64,000 nucleotides of DNA, taken from Marsupella aquatica (lineage: Eukaryota; Plantae; Marchantiophyta). Below are positions 63,326-64,000 of this stretch, in pieces. Position 1 is the stretch's first letter. Every line of letters begins with the position of its first letter. The notes under the pieces are model-generated. The model searched no databases, had not been told where the DNA came from, and saw only the letters and a program-made list of their open reading frames with translations. The DNA lies in the NCBI GenBank assembly GCA_973895155.1, contig OZ316897.1:6027327-6091326 (forward strand), read 5' to 3'. The position numbers and the translations under genes are program-made.

Positions 63326-63675
63326 ACAGATGTTGTAAATGGGCAGACATTCAATGAGAATACAAAATGTTGGTACACTTTAAGGGAATTCTCGCAAATT
63401 AAATAGCCTTGTAACTTATATGCTCATAATGAGAAGTCCTGATTTAATTTAAGCAGTGTCATGTAAGTCGTGATCAAAATGATTGCAGAGTTAAAAAAGT
63501 TCCTAGAAGGCTTAAGGGGAGTTTTTGAAGGCATGTACCCAGGAACAAGTAATGAACTTAGGGTACTTGTTGCCTAAGCATCCTCTCCTACAGAGGTCCT
63601 TCTTCTCAAAATTGGAATGTCTGCAATCTCCAAGGTATCCACATCAGGTGCACTATGCATGTACATTATTCAGGT

Positions 63676-63932
63676 TCAAAGCCAAGAAATGTGATCGCTC
63701 ATGGGAGTGTGCAAAGTAGGATCTATGGCATGGCGATGACAATAGAAGATCCATCGATCAACACCATGTGCAGAGTGATGATAGATGTGTCTGTCACAAG
63801 CATAGCCTTCTGCTTGATGCTCCTTCAAACAATGAAAGTGCCACATGGTGGGACACCTAACACAGTGGACTATGTCCACCCAAAAATCTTCATCGTGCTG
63901 ACCACATGCCTTACACTTATGAAGTGGGCAAG
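63676..63932 (-). CDS. Terminal exon encoding an EDM2/NSD-type PHD finger
   Basis: CPLHKCKAC...HCVRCPTMWHFHCL...IFYCHRHAIDPTLHTPMSDHI resembles the last PHD and the following IDxxLxTPxRDHI motif of plant EDM2. Preceded by acceptor ccacag. The gene continues beyond the window. Confidence 0.65.
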
Positions 63933-64000
63933 CTGTGGCAAGATCGGGCAAACATGAAAAACAAAAGAACCTCACACAATATATGTCAGGGAATTTCCTA

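Overview
Repeat-dense eukaryotic DNA, most likely heterochromatin of a non-seed land plant (inferred from GT-AG introns, plant-type L1/CACTA/RTE elements, and plant RPL18a, RPL10 and EDM2-like fragments). It is a nest of transposons. In order: a decayed retroelement-like segment with a long coiled-coil ORF (1-5.3 kb); a P-element-like transposase gene (10.9-31.7 kb) split in frame by a 16-kb CACTA element (3-bp TSD TTA), which carries captured RPL18a and RPL10 fragments and an LTR-like insert; a pair of 1.2-kb direct repeats; a 5'-truncated L1; an LTR+PBS fragment; a split RTE LINE; and an EDM2-like PHD exon at the right edge. The most notable feature is an ~11.4-kb unit (49.5-61.0 kb). It pairs an intact, spliced Mutator-like DDE/SWIM transposase with a divergently oriented 5-exon gene that fuses a ParB/Srx-type domain (DGNHR) to a permuted N4/N6 DNA-methyltransferase fold. 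Its non-coding DNA carries ~20 copies of a 15-bp palindrome, TAGCGCC-N-GGCGCTA. A diverged, decayed paralogue of the ParB-MTase gene (42.4-46.7 kb) has the same four introns but its own palindrome variant, TAGCGA-NNN-TCGCTA. This suggests an element-specific protein/binding-site pair, parS-like or VANC-like self-recognition. All domain calls come from motif recognition by eye; no searches were run.
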